DNA of 64,000 bases from Macrostomum lignano (GCA_002269645.1 NIVC01000240.1:505517-569516), one strand, 5' to 3'; positions 37,898-57,838 are shown, counted from the stretch's first letter. The notes: generated by a model not told the origin, from the letters alone. Translations and numbers: made by a program.

Positions 37898-40721
37898 TCA
37901 AAGTTCCTTGGCAAGTTCTTTGCACGATTCAAAAAACTTCCCACCCGACTCGTAGCCAGTGCTGGTTAAGAAAGCATCCACTTCGTTTTGAAATCCCTGG
38001 TCCAGAATCTTCTTCATCGTGGCCTCGTATTTGGGATCCGAGTCGCCTTCGCTGGAGCCGTCGAGCAGGCTGCTCAACTGCTTCTCCACATTGGAATCCA
38101 ACATCTCAATCAGGGGTCCGAGATGCTTGGTCTCACTCTCCTGGACAGATTTAGATTGCTTTGTCGCCGTGGCCACTGCCTCGTGACTTACGCTGAGCTC
38201 GTCCACCTTCGATGACTGTTTGCTTGTCGTTGCTTTCTCCTGGGTGCTCGCCTTGTTGCTGACAGAATTGTCAACTGAATCTTTGCTGCTGTGACTGCTG
38301 ACAGCTGCTGTGACTGTGCTGTCCAGGTGATTGGTTGACTCGCGTTTACTACTCTTTGTTTTCTTGACGTCTTCAGCCCTCTCCGTGGACTGTTTCTCAA
38401 CCTTCCCTACGGTTTTGGAGTCGCTCGTGTGACTCTTATTTTGGAATTGCTTGCTAGATACTTTTCTGCTCTCATTGTTAGATGCTCTTTCAGCAGCAAC
38501 TGCAATTGCAGTCTTGTGATTTTCAATTTTAGTATCCTTAGTACTGCTGCTTGAGTCCGTGTTCTTCTGCACTTCGCTCTTCTTGACCGAGCTGACGAAT
38601 TTTTCAGCTGAAGATAGCTTTTCAACTGAATTACTCTTTTGAGCAGAGGTTGTCGCCTTATTAGAATTGCCATTCTCAGCTTCTCTGATCTCAGACTTGG
38701 TGGCGACTGCAGCAACAACGGCAGCGCTAGTCTTAGACGCCTTGCTCGACTCCTGCCTTTCCTCGGTAGCTTTTCTATCCGTTCTTCTCGAGTCGCTACT
38801 GCTGCTTTTGTTGACTTTTTCTTCGACCGATACAGCTTTAGCAGCGGCCTTCATCTGCTCGGACTGCTTTTGTGACACCGTTGTGCTTGCTACCTGCTCA
38901 TTCGTTTTGCTGGTAGCCACTGCAGTCGCTGCTGTTGCTTTCGTATCGGCATTTCGATTGTTTGACAGATTCAGCTTCTGCTCCTCCTGAACTTGAATGG
39001 TTTTACTGTTACTTTTAGCTGGTGAATTTGTCTGCCCCTTCTGCTCCGCGGTCGACTTCTGTTGCTGTAGCTGTCTTGACTCCGATTGAACTGTCTCAGC
39101 TATTGCCGCCGTCCTTGTCGACACAGTCGTCTGCTGTCGCTGGAGTCGCGGCTGCGTTGTTGGTGTCTGGTTGGCGGCGTAGCCTTCTGGCACCACCCAG
39201 TTGCCGCGAAGGCGCATCTTCTTCACAGTTGGATTGGTCCGCTTGAAGTCTTCCTCGGCCTGCGTGAATGCATTGTGTTGGATGAAAGGGCCCAGTTACA
39301 TGCCCGATGTCAAGAAAGTAGTGTCGAGGAAATGCACACTCATAATTCACCCCTCTTGTCCCATTATGGCCACAGCATGAGTATACAGTTGTTCAATTTA
39401 AAACCTTCAATCCCCACCACAACCTGATTAGAGGGGTAAGGAGATGAAGAACTGTACACTATGCTTTAGCCAGAGTGGGGTGGAGCTAGAAGAGTAGGAA
39501 TTGAAGAACTGTACATAATAATTTAGCCAGAGTGGGGTGCGGCTAGGGGTAAGAATTGAAGAACTGTACACTATGCTTTAACCAGAGTGGGGTGGGGCTA
39601 GAGGGGTAGTAATTGAAGAACTGTACACTAATGCTTTAGCCAGAGTGGGGTGGGGCTAGAGGGGTAGGGATTGAAGAACTGTACACTATGCTTTAGTCAG
39701 AGTGAAGTGGGGCTAGAGGGGTAGGAGTTGAAGAACTGTACGCTATACTTTAACCAGAGTGGGTTGGGGCTAAAAAGGTTGGAGTTGAAGAACTGTACAC
39801 TATGCTTTAGCCAGAGTGGGATGGGGCTGGGGTAGACCATAGGCGTTGAAAAAAGTGTTACACAAAACCAGCTTAAGCGGAGGCTTTCGGCAGTGCTTTT
39901 TCAGATATTTTAGCAACGCCTAAAATGAAAAAAACAGAAACCAAATGCCTGTTAAAAACCTTAATGTGCAGCCCCTCTTGTAAAATACTTGTACCCGTGA
40001 AACGGAGGCACAAGTGATAAAAAACGTCTAATGATTTTAGCATTAATGCAAAAGCCATTAAATCCGTCTGCACATGAAGCTGAAAAACATGTTATCAACG
40101 GGTGTGACAGGATGGCGAGTGTTTATATAATTTATCCTAAAAAGGTGGAAAAAAATATGCTCTCGCCTTCTTCAGGACTTCAGCGGAAAAGAAACGTAAG
40201 ATTCTAATCGATTCGATCGATTTTAAAGCAGGAAAATTGCAAAAACATTGCATCGACATAAAATTGCAATCCACACGATTGTCACACGCATTGACTAATT
40301 TACACTCGCGAAAATCAGATTTAATCAAATCCAAGTGCTCGCCTTGTCTCTGTTTCAGCACGCCTACGTATGCGAGGACTCAATAAATTTAATCAGATAA
40401 CAGCAGAACGGCCCAGGGGGGGGGGCTTAGCTGTCACCTCTTGACAGTTGTCTGTGTCTTTATAGCTTGCTGTACTTTACGACAAAATAAGGTAACCTGA
40501 ATTTGTAAGCATTGAGACTCTAGTTTGTATTTAGAATGAATATTTTTATAGTTTCATAGTTAAAAAAACATATTTTGTATATTTTCTTAACAAGACAAGA
40601 CAAATTTGATCGATCTAGATGCTTTTATAGGATCCCTCCAAGCAAGCAGGTACGAATGCGCATCCTAGTATACCTTTTTCTGGGCGTCGCGCCGGTGTCC
40701 GATGTAGTCTGCTAGCGACAT
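37898..40721 (-). CDS. Orphan S/T/K/Q-rich, largely disordered protein. Predicted exons 40721-40674 and 39259-37898 (~469 aa)
   Basis: 1.36-kb open exon after acceptor CACGCAG|GCC. A candidate first exon MSLADYIGHRRDAQKK ends AAG|GTATAC in phase 0. The C-terminus looks helical (KYEATMKKILDQGFQNEVDAFL). No family recognised. Confidence 0.65.
39430..39830. repeat. ~61-bp tandem repeat GAAGAACTGTACACTATGCTTTAGCCAGAGTGGGGTGGGGCTAGAGGGGTAGGAATT
   Basis: About 7 diverged copies. Confidence 0.85.
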
Positions 40722-41724
40722 TGCGCCTCCTCCTTCTCTGCTTTTGTCTGCCTTTGTCTGCTTTTGCTGCTGCGACTGCCGAGATCTGCCGAAGCCAGCG
40801 GAGTTGAGATGAACTCGCCTGCCAACTGCCGGCATGTGGGGACGGGGAGTTGCCAGGCAATTTAAAGGTGTCGCCAGGCCAGCGAGTGAGAGAAAGTGGG
40901 AAGAATTTGGGTGGGGAAACACAACTTCTGTCCCAAAATCTGGGTAGCAAATCCTGTGAAGGCCTGAGGAATCTCCCCAGACTCCGGCAGCCTCTTCTCC
41001 CTGCCTTGGCGCCTGAGTCAGGCTGGAAAGGGAAAATGGAAATGGACAGAAAGCCGGTCGTTCCTTCTGGTCTTTTTTATATTCCGAATCGCCAGAAAGT
41101 GGAGTCGCTCGGAGTTCATTTATCACAATTGCGGACTCTGAACTGCGGAGCCGCTGCCCACAGCCGATCTGCTTGGGTTTATAGTCGGTGAGAACTGCCG
41201 GGTTTCAAGGAAATATGGAGCACTTCCGGCATTCTCTGAGCGCCTCTTCTGCTTTTCTCTCACTCTCTCTCTCTCCCGATCAGCCGGCTTCCTTCAGTTT
41301 CAGCCGCAGTCAAGAGCTCTAGAGTGGTACTCTTTTGTCTCAGTGATCAGTCATTGGTTCGCGGTGCATCCCAAGCAGCCCGACGGCAAGCGCCGAAAGC
41401 CGTTCCCCCTCTCGATTTTTCTTCTTTTCTCTTTTTTTCCTCTGAGCAAAGCAAATGTTTGTGCAGTCACGAGCGGTTCCTCAGTTTTTTTGGGAAAAAG
41501 TGGAGTCTGGGAGACTGATCCCCCCGGACAGCGGGAGGGAGGCCAGAAGGGAAGGAAGACAGGGCGAAACAGTGGACGTGTACTCTTGGATCGAAACGGA
41601 CGAAGCAGAGAGAGTTGGAGTCAGACAGACGGTTGGTTTGAATAAAAAATGTTCTGTGAACTGCACTGAGTCAGCACTGTAAACAGAGCGAACCTTCTGA
41701 GGCCGAAGGCTCGAAGTTGCAGGC

Positions 41725-42258
41725 TCCGGGGGAGACTTGGAGGGGGAGACTCGGAGGGGAAACTCGGAGGGGGAGACTCGGAGGGGGAGACTCGTAGGGG
41801 CAGACTCGGAGGGGCCAGACTTGGACGGGGAGACTCGGAGGGGGAGACTCGGAGGGGGAGACTCGAAGGGGGAGACTCGAAGGGGGAGACTCGAAGGGGG
41901 AGACTCGGAAGGGGAGACTCGGAGGGGGAGACTCGGAGGAGGAGACTCGGAGGGGGAGACTCAGAGGGGGCAGACTTGGAGGGGCAGACTCGGAGGGGCA
42001 GACTCGGAGGGGGAGACTCGGGGGGGGGGAAACTCGGAGGGGGAGACTTGGAGGGGGAGCCTCGGAGGGGGAGACTCGGAGGGGGAGACTTGGAGGGGCA
42101 GACTCGGAGGGGGAGGCTCGGAGGGGGAGACTCGGGAGGGGCAGACTCGGAGGGGGAGACTCGGAGGGGGAGACTCGGGAGGGGGAGACTCGGGAGGGGG
42201 AGACTCGGGAGGGGGAGACTCGGAAGGGGGAGACTTGGGAGGGGGAGACTCGGAGGGC
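41725..42258. repeat. G-rich 14-bp minisatellite GGGGGAGACTCGGA
   Basis: Tandem copies read directly. Confidence 0.9.
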
Positions 42259-42954
42259 TGAGAAGTTCATTATCTCAAATAAATAATCTGAGAACACAGC
42301 GAGTCAGGAAGCACAGTTCCAAATCTGAGACCATTTAAAGAATAATCTGTTATTCGCAGAACCGGAAAAATCATTGTTTACTATGCATTATACCAGTCTT
42401 ACTTGCGTTGTTGACAAATGAAAATGGGGAAGAATCTATTACTACTCCGTATAAGGTTTTATCAGTTCTCTATTCTCAACAGTTAAGGGACAAAATGCAA
42501 ACAATATCTGACGAACACAGAAAGCCGTCCTATGCTAGGGGAACTCAGACACCATGCCTAACACCTTGTATATAAAAATTTGAATAATAATGCAAAGTCA
42601 GTTGTGACAGGGTATTGTCAGGCTGCAGAACAGAAAGCTGCATAATCAGTCTATGTGAGGCCGCATGCGCCAAGGCAACAGTCTATTGAATCGATTTTTT
42701 TGAGGCGGAAATGAATTCAGCTCAGCACTCGCTACATCGAAGCGCTGAGCACGCTACACTTCCTGTTTCCTCGGCAGCTGCAGTTCTGTTTGGAAAAAAA
42801 ACTACTACTGTCAGGTTGCAGTCTGGCCTACTTTTCACTCCTAAATTTCCAGCAGAGTAAAGGCTTTGATGAGCAAAGAATTCATCTGTTCAATAATGGT
42901 TAAAGTTTAGAAGGAAACAATCGCATTGAGACAATACATTTTTATGCTTGGAGG

Positions 42955-43312
42955 GGATGGTTGGCGTGCTTTTGGGGTTGGTGCGTGCTTGTAGGGTTGG
43001 TGTGCTTGGTGTGTTGGCGTGCTTGGGGGGTTGGCGTGCTTGGGGGGTTGGCGTGCTTGGGGGTTGGCGTGCTTGGGTGTTAGCGTGCTTGGGGGGTTGG
43101 CGTGCTTGGGGGGTTGGCGTGCTTGGGGGTTGGCGTGCTTGGGGGTTGGCGTGCTTGGGGGGTTGGCGTGCTTGGGGGTTGGCGTGCTTGGGGGTTGGCG
43201 TGCTTGGGGGTTGGCGTGCTTGGGGGGTTGGCGTGCTTGGGGGGTTGGCGTGCTTGGGGGGTTGGCGTGCTTGGGGGGTTGGCGTGCTTGGGGGGTTGGC
43301 GTGCTTGGGGGA
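42955..43312. repeat. G-rich 16-17-bp minisatellite TTGGCGTGCTTGGGGG(G)
   Basis: Tandem copies read directly. Confidence 0.9.
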
Positions 43313-44054
43313 CAAGCGGGACGGCGTATGAGGGGATCAACCTAACAGACACCAGGCACTTGCAAACGTTCTTGCCAGTAAGGATATATAACTCTACCAT
43401 ATACAGCAGCATCTGTCTGCATGCAGTCACAGCTGTGCTACACGGTAACACGGAGCTGCGACGAGGCTGACTGGGTACTCTGGTCTATTGAGTATAGCCC
43501 TACTAGCAGAGAGGAGTGTCTGAATTCTGCACTGTTGCTCAGTCTATACGCAGCTCAACAAGTCCGGGTGAAGATAATGGCAGCGAGAGCACTGGGGCAT
43601 AACAGAGATCCGGGAAGAGGATGTAGGAATGCTGCATGGGTTTCTCAGAGCACACAGCTGTAAAGAGACGATGAAGTTGCTACAAGAAACGCGACTTTAG
43701 AAAGCTACTAGAAGCGACTAATTTCAATTGAGCAGGTGCGAGGCGGATCTTGAGCAAGGGTTGCTGGGGGATTGCAATAGTATGATTTTCTGGTGACAAG
43801 CGAGGGCATAGGACTTATACTCGTAATATAAGCAGATTGACTCGCAAGTAAAAGTACACGGTGTCAGTTGAGTACGGATAATGAGGTAAGAGGCGCATAA
43901 CTAGGAACATAATACGGTGGATACTGCGAATACCGGAGATTACAGGGATGCGCAAGTCTGCACAATTCGAATGCAGCGATTCGATTTACAACAAATATTC
44001 TGACTGAATACGTATGACCGTTCTGTACAACTCAGGTAGCAAAAATACAATTCT

Positions 44055-44527
44055 GTCAGTCAGTCAGTCAGTCAGTCAGTCAGTCAGTCAGTCAGTCAGT
44101 CAGTCAGTCAGTCAGTCAGTCAGTCAGTCAGTCAGTCAGTCAGTCAGTCAGTCAGTCAGTCAGTCAGTCAGTCAGTCAGTCAGTCAGTCAGTCAGTCAGT
44201 CAGTCAGTCAGTCAGTCAGTCAGTCAGTCAGTCAGTCAGTCAGTCAGTCAGTCAGTCAGTCAGTCAGTCAGTCAGTCAGTCAGTCAGTCAGTCAGTCAGT
44301 CAGTCAGTCAGTCAGTCAGTCAGTCAGTCAGTCAGTCAGTCAGTCAGTCAGTCAGTCAGTCAGTCAGTCAGTCAGTCAGTCAGTCAGTCAGTCAGTCAGT
44401 CAGTCAGTCAGTCAGTCAGTCAGTCAGTCAGTCAGTCAGTCAGTCAGTCAGTCAGTCAGTCAGTCAGTCAGTCAGTCAGTCAGTCAGTCAGTCAGTTAGT
44501 CAGTCAGTCAGTCAGTCAGTCAGTCAG

Positions 44528-44530
<3 letters not shown>
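44055..44530. repeat. (CAGT)n microsatellite, ~475 bp
   Basis: Near-perfect tetranucleotide tract. Confidence 0.97.
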
Positions 44531-52679
<8,149 letters not shown>

Positions 52680-53520
52680 GCGTGCTGCGATTAGCTGTCG
52701 CCGAACTGTCTGTCAACAGTTCGAGCCGATTGTTACAAAGAAACTGTTGTTGAATAGGGTCAGTCTTCTGGCGCAACAATTATGTGCAAATGCGGCATGT
52801 GCCGAAGCGGAGGAGTAGAGCAGAGCTCAGATTTGAGTAGTTCGGGGGGGGCTTGCCGGCCTGCCTTTTCTTATAAATCAGATGGTGTTGGAGGTGGCCG
52901 GTCGTCGCAGAAAAATAGGGGGGGGGGGGGGCAGGGAGAGACCGGAGCGAAGGTCTGGGTGCAGATTGTGCTGGCAATGCTGTCAGAGTGTAGGCACAAA
53001 AAGCAGCACCCACCCCAACAAAGCTTGCAGCAGAATTCTCTGTTCTGTGCCCCGAGAAGCAACAGGCGTGTGCAGAGAGGCGAAGCCATTCTAATAAATG
53101 CTTTAACCTGTAGCCCTGCGCTCCGGCAGACTTTTACACTCGCGCCTCCACCACCGACCTACACTGCAGGCCCGTGGCTTGGATTTTGGCAAACTGAGAA
53201 TATATATAATGTGTGTGTGTGTGTTTTGTATGTGACACGTGTGCGTCCGGCAGGCCTGCGAATTGAGCAAAGCAGCTCTCTGAATCCGTATTGTATGAGA
53301 ATGCATAAATAAGCCATTAAGTCACAGCGGCTGCTGAAGGATCAAATAAAAATTTCTTAAAGTCTGTTTAAAGGTAGCTTTTGTAGTGTTTTGCGATCCA
53401 AACTCTGACTGTGGCGTACTGGCCGACTTTCCTATTCACCAGCCGGGGCACATGAAGTTCACACGAAGGGCGTTTTTACGAGCTAACTGCAAAAAATCTG
53501 TGTCAAAACTAGTGCAACCT

Positions 53521-53615
53521 CGGCGGGTGGCTGAGCACTAGAGCGGTAACGAGCCAGACCCTTACACTAAACTGTACCAGACAGAAGCTCCTGGGTTCGA
53601 ATCTGCAGATTACCA
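53521..53615 (+). other. Degenerate tRNA-like / Pol III SINE head
   Basis: GGTGGCTGAGC (A-box-like) and GGGTTCGAATC (B box); a cloverleaf could not be convincingly folded. Confidence 0.3.
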
Positions 53616-54208
53616 CAATTTTTTGGACTCTCCGAGGGTTGCTATTAAGTATATTATCAAGATAAAGGTTGCAGAGACATGGCTATTGTGATCGGGGAAA
53701 ATACTCTCAGTTTAACTCACAGACGAGGACACACAGTGATTTGCGTGAAGCATGCAGCCTGCAACATTTGTCTCCAGCTGTTATTCGATATAGTAGGCAT
53801 GCACCTATAGCTACACTCGCATATTATACCGCCTCCCTGCTGGTTTACAAACCCGATAAAGAATATCTCTGATGACAGAACTGATTAGCCTGACACCATT
53901 GAATATACTACTCGCTTTAAAAAAATCTTTATTAACAGTTACTCTACTTTAAGTAGCTAAGTAGCGCATCGCAAACATTCTCATTTTGCACTATACAATA
54001 GCCGCACATCTACAGCCAGCCCATACAAAAAAACTGAGCGTACAGCACAGCTATGCTATATTGGCTCCATGCCAACAGAGGCCACTCAAAATGAGACTGC
54101 AAGAGACACTCAGTGTTCTATTATATGAGCGAGCACGAAACTCTCTCACAGATGACGCCCAGCCAGAGGGAGCAAAAAACAGAGCCCAGCTGCTGTATTA
54201 TATAGAAA

Positions 54209-54769
54209 ATGACCCTGCAACAGCAGCTGCCGCACGCCGATCCGGATAGCCTGCTGGTCCTGCGCAGCTTCCTAGATCAGTGCGATCAGCGACCTCTTCA
54301 CCATCTGCAGTCAGTGTCCGGCGAGGCGAATTCTATCGCCAAGGAGTTCCAGCAGCGACAGCCAATCGGAGCTAGACTAGCCTGCGAGATCGGAGGTCAC
54401 CGGCCGCATCCCAGCCTCTGCTGCCACTTGGCCAGCGTGCGCGGCCCTCCGGTCATCGCCTTGATGGAAGACGCTGGCGCCGCCAACAACAACAACAGCA
54501 GCAGCAGCAGTGGCTGGAATCTCGCCGAATCTCAGCAGGCCAGCAGTCTGGCGAATGCCAACACGTTGTGGCAGCCGCTGGACACGCTGACCGGACTCGA
54601 GTACGCGGCCGTCATCGCCGCCAGAAGTCGGAGACATCGGCGAAGCGATGACAAAGCCGCCTGCTTCCGGTCGCCGGAAGTGCCGGAAGAAGTGAAAGGA
54701 TTTGCTAGGCAGTTTGCTGTGCTGCAGGACAGCAACAGGGCTGGTGAGAAGTGGTATCCTGCACCGTGA
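54209..54769 (+). CDS. Hypothetical protein, 186 aa
   Basis: ATG-initiated GC-rich ORF with N/S runs like host exons; no recognised domain. Confidence 0.45.
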   Translation: MTLQQQLPHADPDSLLVLRSFLDQCDQRPLHHLQSVSGEANSIAKEFQQRQPIGARLACEIGGHRPHPSLCCHLASVRGPPVIALMEDAGAANNNNSSSSSGWNLAESQQASSLANANTLWQPLDTLTGLEYAAVIAARSRRHRRSDDKAACFRSPEVPEEVKGFARQFAVLQDSNRAGEKWYPAP

Positions 54770-55042
54770 ATATACAGTTGAACTTGGGGGCAGAGTAGTT
54801 CTGTGTTAGCCGCGTCTGACTCCCGTGCGCGGCCACATTCTATTGGGGCTTGTCGTGCGATTCGCACCCACGAAGGTCAGCCCCAAGGCACAGAGAGTGT
54901 GCATGCCTGATGATTAGACAGTCAAGGACCGCTGTACACCCTGTGTGAGCGTGTGTGCCTGCGTACATTACGCGTTCAGGAGTCAGCGGAATGGACAAAG
55001 AAAGAAATACTACATGTTCAAAACACGCTTGACTATAGTACA

Positions 55043-56265
55043 TGTAGTTTAGGACCTAGTACTTAGGACCTAGTTTAGTCACTATAGGTAATTTTTAGCA
55101 GTAGGTATACCAAGCCATTTTTCCGCCCGTCGAACTACCAAAATGGGGGAAACCCCTGACCATTTTTTGCTGCGCCGGAACGGAGCAACGCAGGCACACG
55201 AAATTCAAGAACATGATGTGTTCCTTATTACCAGTCCTCAGCTGTAATCAAGGAACAATCACTTCTAGCTCTGTAGCTAGGCAACCCAGTAATCAAATGA
55301 AGGTATGTATTACCTTGAGTCCTGTCTCTGAGAGCTCTTCCGTGTTCTGTTATTCTCGGACTTCCTTTGAACCTCGAACTTCGTTAGACGTCTATGTTCG
55401 TAACCAGGTCCGCGTTCCTTTACGTCCACTGAAGTCGTTTCCGGCCGGTATCTGTAGTGCGGACCAATGGGAAGCTTCCAAATCAACAATGGGTACCCTG
55501 CGCCAATCTGCGGTTTAATATAAGCCTACTCCTTCTAGCAGTGCCTCCATGCACTCTAGGTATAGCTCCGGAAACCACTGATAGTCTTCTAAGATCTATC
55601 AGGGGCAGTCCTTCTGGAGACTGCAACCAGCAGAGTCTAAACAGACTCAGGAGTCTCAACAGACTCAAATAAACTCAAGTCTCAATAGACTTGAGCGAGA
55701 CGTCTCAACCAACAGGCGCAAATGAGTAAGGCTTACCGCAAGAACTCGTCCACGACGCGAGTTTCTTCAGGAAGGCTTCGCTAGAGCTTCCTCTTCGGAG
55801 CTTCTCTCTCTTGGAGATTTCTTGGCTCCGGGTCCGTTCCGGACCACTTGTATTTATAGGCGTTCAGACCTCTCTCGAGGTCGTACATCACTGTCTTCGC
55901 AAATGTCAAAGGGTCACGATTCGGTGGCTGTCAAGCATGACAGGGTAGAAAGTTGCGCAACTAGTCTACTGTAAAAGCGCATGATTGGTTACCGTAGCTG
56001 GTAGACTTTGATTGGTTCATCCGGGTGCAACCCGAGTGCAAACCAAATGATGACTTGAAGGTGGGGTTTGAATTGACAGTTGTTGGTCGCACGTGATTGG
56101 GTGATTTCTAAAATTAGCATGCTCGAGATTTCTCTCTTTCTATTGGTTAATTCGAATATATGTATGGTTCAGCGCATATCCTTATACATGCTCCTCAAAT
56201 TACTACTATTTAAGTAGTACGTTAACAATTTTAAATAACTTTTCTGGGAGATATAATACTCTACA
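55043..56265 (-). repeat. 3' LTR (~1.2 kb); right boundary firm, left boundary tentative
   Basis: On the - strand it begins TGTAG at 56265, 3 nt after the PPT. A CTACA end fits at 55043; alternatives are ~55272 and ~55453. It contains CCAAT boxes, a TATA box and ATTAAA. Confidence 0.7.
55851..56150 (-). promoter_or_regulatory. U3 promoter of the LTR: TATA box (CCTATAAATA, 55860-55851) plus four CCAAT boxes
   Basis: Plus-strand ATTGG near 55984, 56011, 56096 and 56143, upstream (on -) of TATAAATA. Confidence 0.7.
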
Positions 56266-56268
56266 AAA

Positions 56269-56280
56269 TCTCCCTTTTTT
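56269..56280 (-). other. Polypurine tract AAAAAAGGGAGA
   Basis: Purine run immediately 5' (on -) of the LTR TG. Confidence 0.85.
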
Positions 56281-56476
56281 ACGAAAAAACTCGTCCCGAG
56301 TTTGAATAAAAATATAAATTTACAGAAACGTCTTGAACTTGATATTGTATATATTTATATTGCCGGTATGTTACATTGTATACATTATCAGTAGTTAGTT
56401 TTGTCAGAGTTAATGGAAAGTTATCGTCTGATAAATGCAGATGACACTTGCCCCTGTGTTGATGCCGCTCGGACGA

Positions 56477-57115
56477 TCAGCCGAACCCGATTTTGAGCAC
56501 GGCGGATATCTGCTGCGCTGTTCGCGCAGCCAGACATGCCACCGCCCAGAATGTCGGCTGAAAGCGTGTGAAGCGCGGTTCCTCTGTGCGCTCGAGTATC
56601 ATCAGGTAGGCGTCAATACTCGTGAGTCCTGGGTGCTCGCGAGCCAGGCTCCTGGAAATTCCAAGGACGTGACGCCATGACTCCTGATGCCGGTGCGGCC
56701 ACGGCCACGACCGGACGGCGATGGACAATTGCTCGAAGGTCAAGCTGTCCGGCTCCGCCAACGTCAACTCTGGCACTGGTGTTATTGTCGCCAACATCAG
56801 CGCCGTCGAATGGTTGACAGGAGCTAGACATTCGGTGCAGATCTCTATATCTCTTGCACCGTACCTTCGGAGACAGCTTGCACAGACCCAATGTCGGTTG
56901 GAACACACCTGAACATGGGGCTGTTCGCCGCATACCACACAGGTAGCCCGCGCGCGACGGCAGACCGGGCAGGTAGATAGCATGGTAACATTGCCATCCA
57001 CCTGCTGCGCCATGGCGTCGCAGGAGACACACACGCGGTGTCCCCACTCACACGTCGGGATCATATAGTCCCGCGTCTCGAGACAGCAGGGGCATACGTC
57101 GTTGTTCTCGGCCAT
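56477..57115 (-). CDS. Accessory ORF B, 212 aa: two tandem RING-HC-like domains plus a helical C-terminal domain
   Basis: C-x2-C-x10-C-x3-H-x2-C-x2-C-x16-C-x2-C (CPVCR) and C-x2-C-x8-C-x3-H-x2-C-x2-C-x11-C-x2-C; intact ORF; CAG|ATG start. Confidence 0.85.
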   Translation of the reverse strand: MAENNDVCPCCLETRDYMIPTCEWGHRVCVSCDAMAQQVDGNVTMLSTCPVCRRARATCVVCGEQPHVQVCSNRHWVCASCLRRYGARDIEICTECLAPVNHSTALMLATITPVPELTLAEPDSLTFEQLSIAVRSWPWPHRHQESWRHVLGISRSLAREHPGLTSIDAYLMILERTEEPRFTRFQPTFWAVACLAARTAQQISAVLKIGFG

Positions 57116-57169
57116 CTGCGGGTTTTATGTAATCATCGTAATTAAAGCAGTCAGGGTGAAGTATACAGT

Positions 57170-57838
57170 CTACTGTGTATACCGTAAAAGCCATATGAAA
57201 TAACTACGTGACAAAATTAGTCTTTTTAGCGCGTGGCAATATATGTGCAATGTCCAGTGAAACGCGTGATGGGCATGCAAAAATTGTCGTAGATGTCGTT
57301 CTATATCCAGGGGTAACATATGACGCAATATTCCTTGATTGTTATGTGCGTACAGTAGTAATTCATTGCGTGACCGTCGAGCGAAACGAGGTACTGGCCA
57401 AAACTCTAGCAACTGTTCGATACGTATTGCGGGTAGTGTTCGAATATTATCAACATGTAAGCATCGATTGGCGTCGGGCTTGATGCGACACCACTTCTTG
57501 AAGGTGCTGTCCTTCGGCATACTGTTACACATAGGGCATCCTATGATGCCCCTACTAGCGGTTCGTTTCAAGCATTGCATGCAAATAAAATGACTTTGAT
57601 TACAGTATTGAAAGGTGCGCCACGAATAACAATAGGCGCACTGCGTCAGACTACTCCTACATAGGGGGCAGCTTTGCCAGTGTTGGATATGATGCGCGTC
57701 ACACAAGCAAGTGCCGCATATGCGATGATTATTTATACAAATGGTTGGTGGTTTTTTATGCAGGTCATCTTCCAAACAGACAGGGCATTCATAGAGTTGC
57801 CGTGGCTGGGTCGCCAGTCTAGACTGTGCATTGCCCAT
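57170..57838 (-). CDS. Accessory ORF A, 222 aa from MGNAQS: putative myristoylated double-RING protein
   Basis: First ATG in strong context (ACTATGG). C-x2-C-x12-C-x3-H-x2-C-x2-C-x12-C-x2-C (CPLCR) and C-x2-C-x8-C-x3-H-x2-C-x2-C-x11-C-x2-C. The ORF track extends it to a GTG at 57889. Confidence 0.85.
   Translation of the reverse strand: MGNAQSRLATQPRQLYECPVCLEDDLHKKPPTICINNHRICGTCLCDAHHIQHWQSCPLCRSSLTQCAYCYSWRTFQYCNQSHFICMQCLKRTASRGIIGCPMCNSMPKDSTFKKWCRIKPDANRCLHVDNIRTLPAIRIEQLLEFWPVPRFARRSRNELLLYAHNNQGILRHMLPLDIERHLRQFLHAHHAFHWTLHIYCHALKRLILSRSYFIWLLRYTQ

Noticed and set aside
44014-44499. (SQSV)n ORF
   Set aside because: Translation of (CAGT)n
52782-53312. 176-aa plus-strand ORF upstream of RASEF
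   Set aside because: Spans a poly-G run and promoter-like sequence, with no coding-like composition
56285-56305. Hairpin AAACTCG-GGA-CGAGTTT followed by a T-run next to the PPT, like a bacterial terminator
   Set aside because: Eukaryotic retroelement context; too short to support a function
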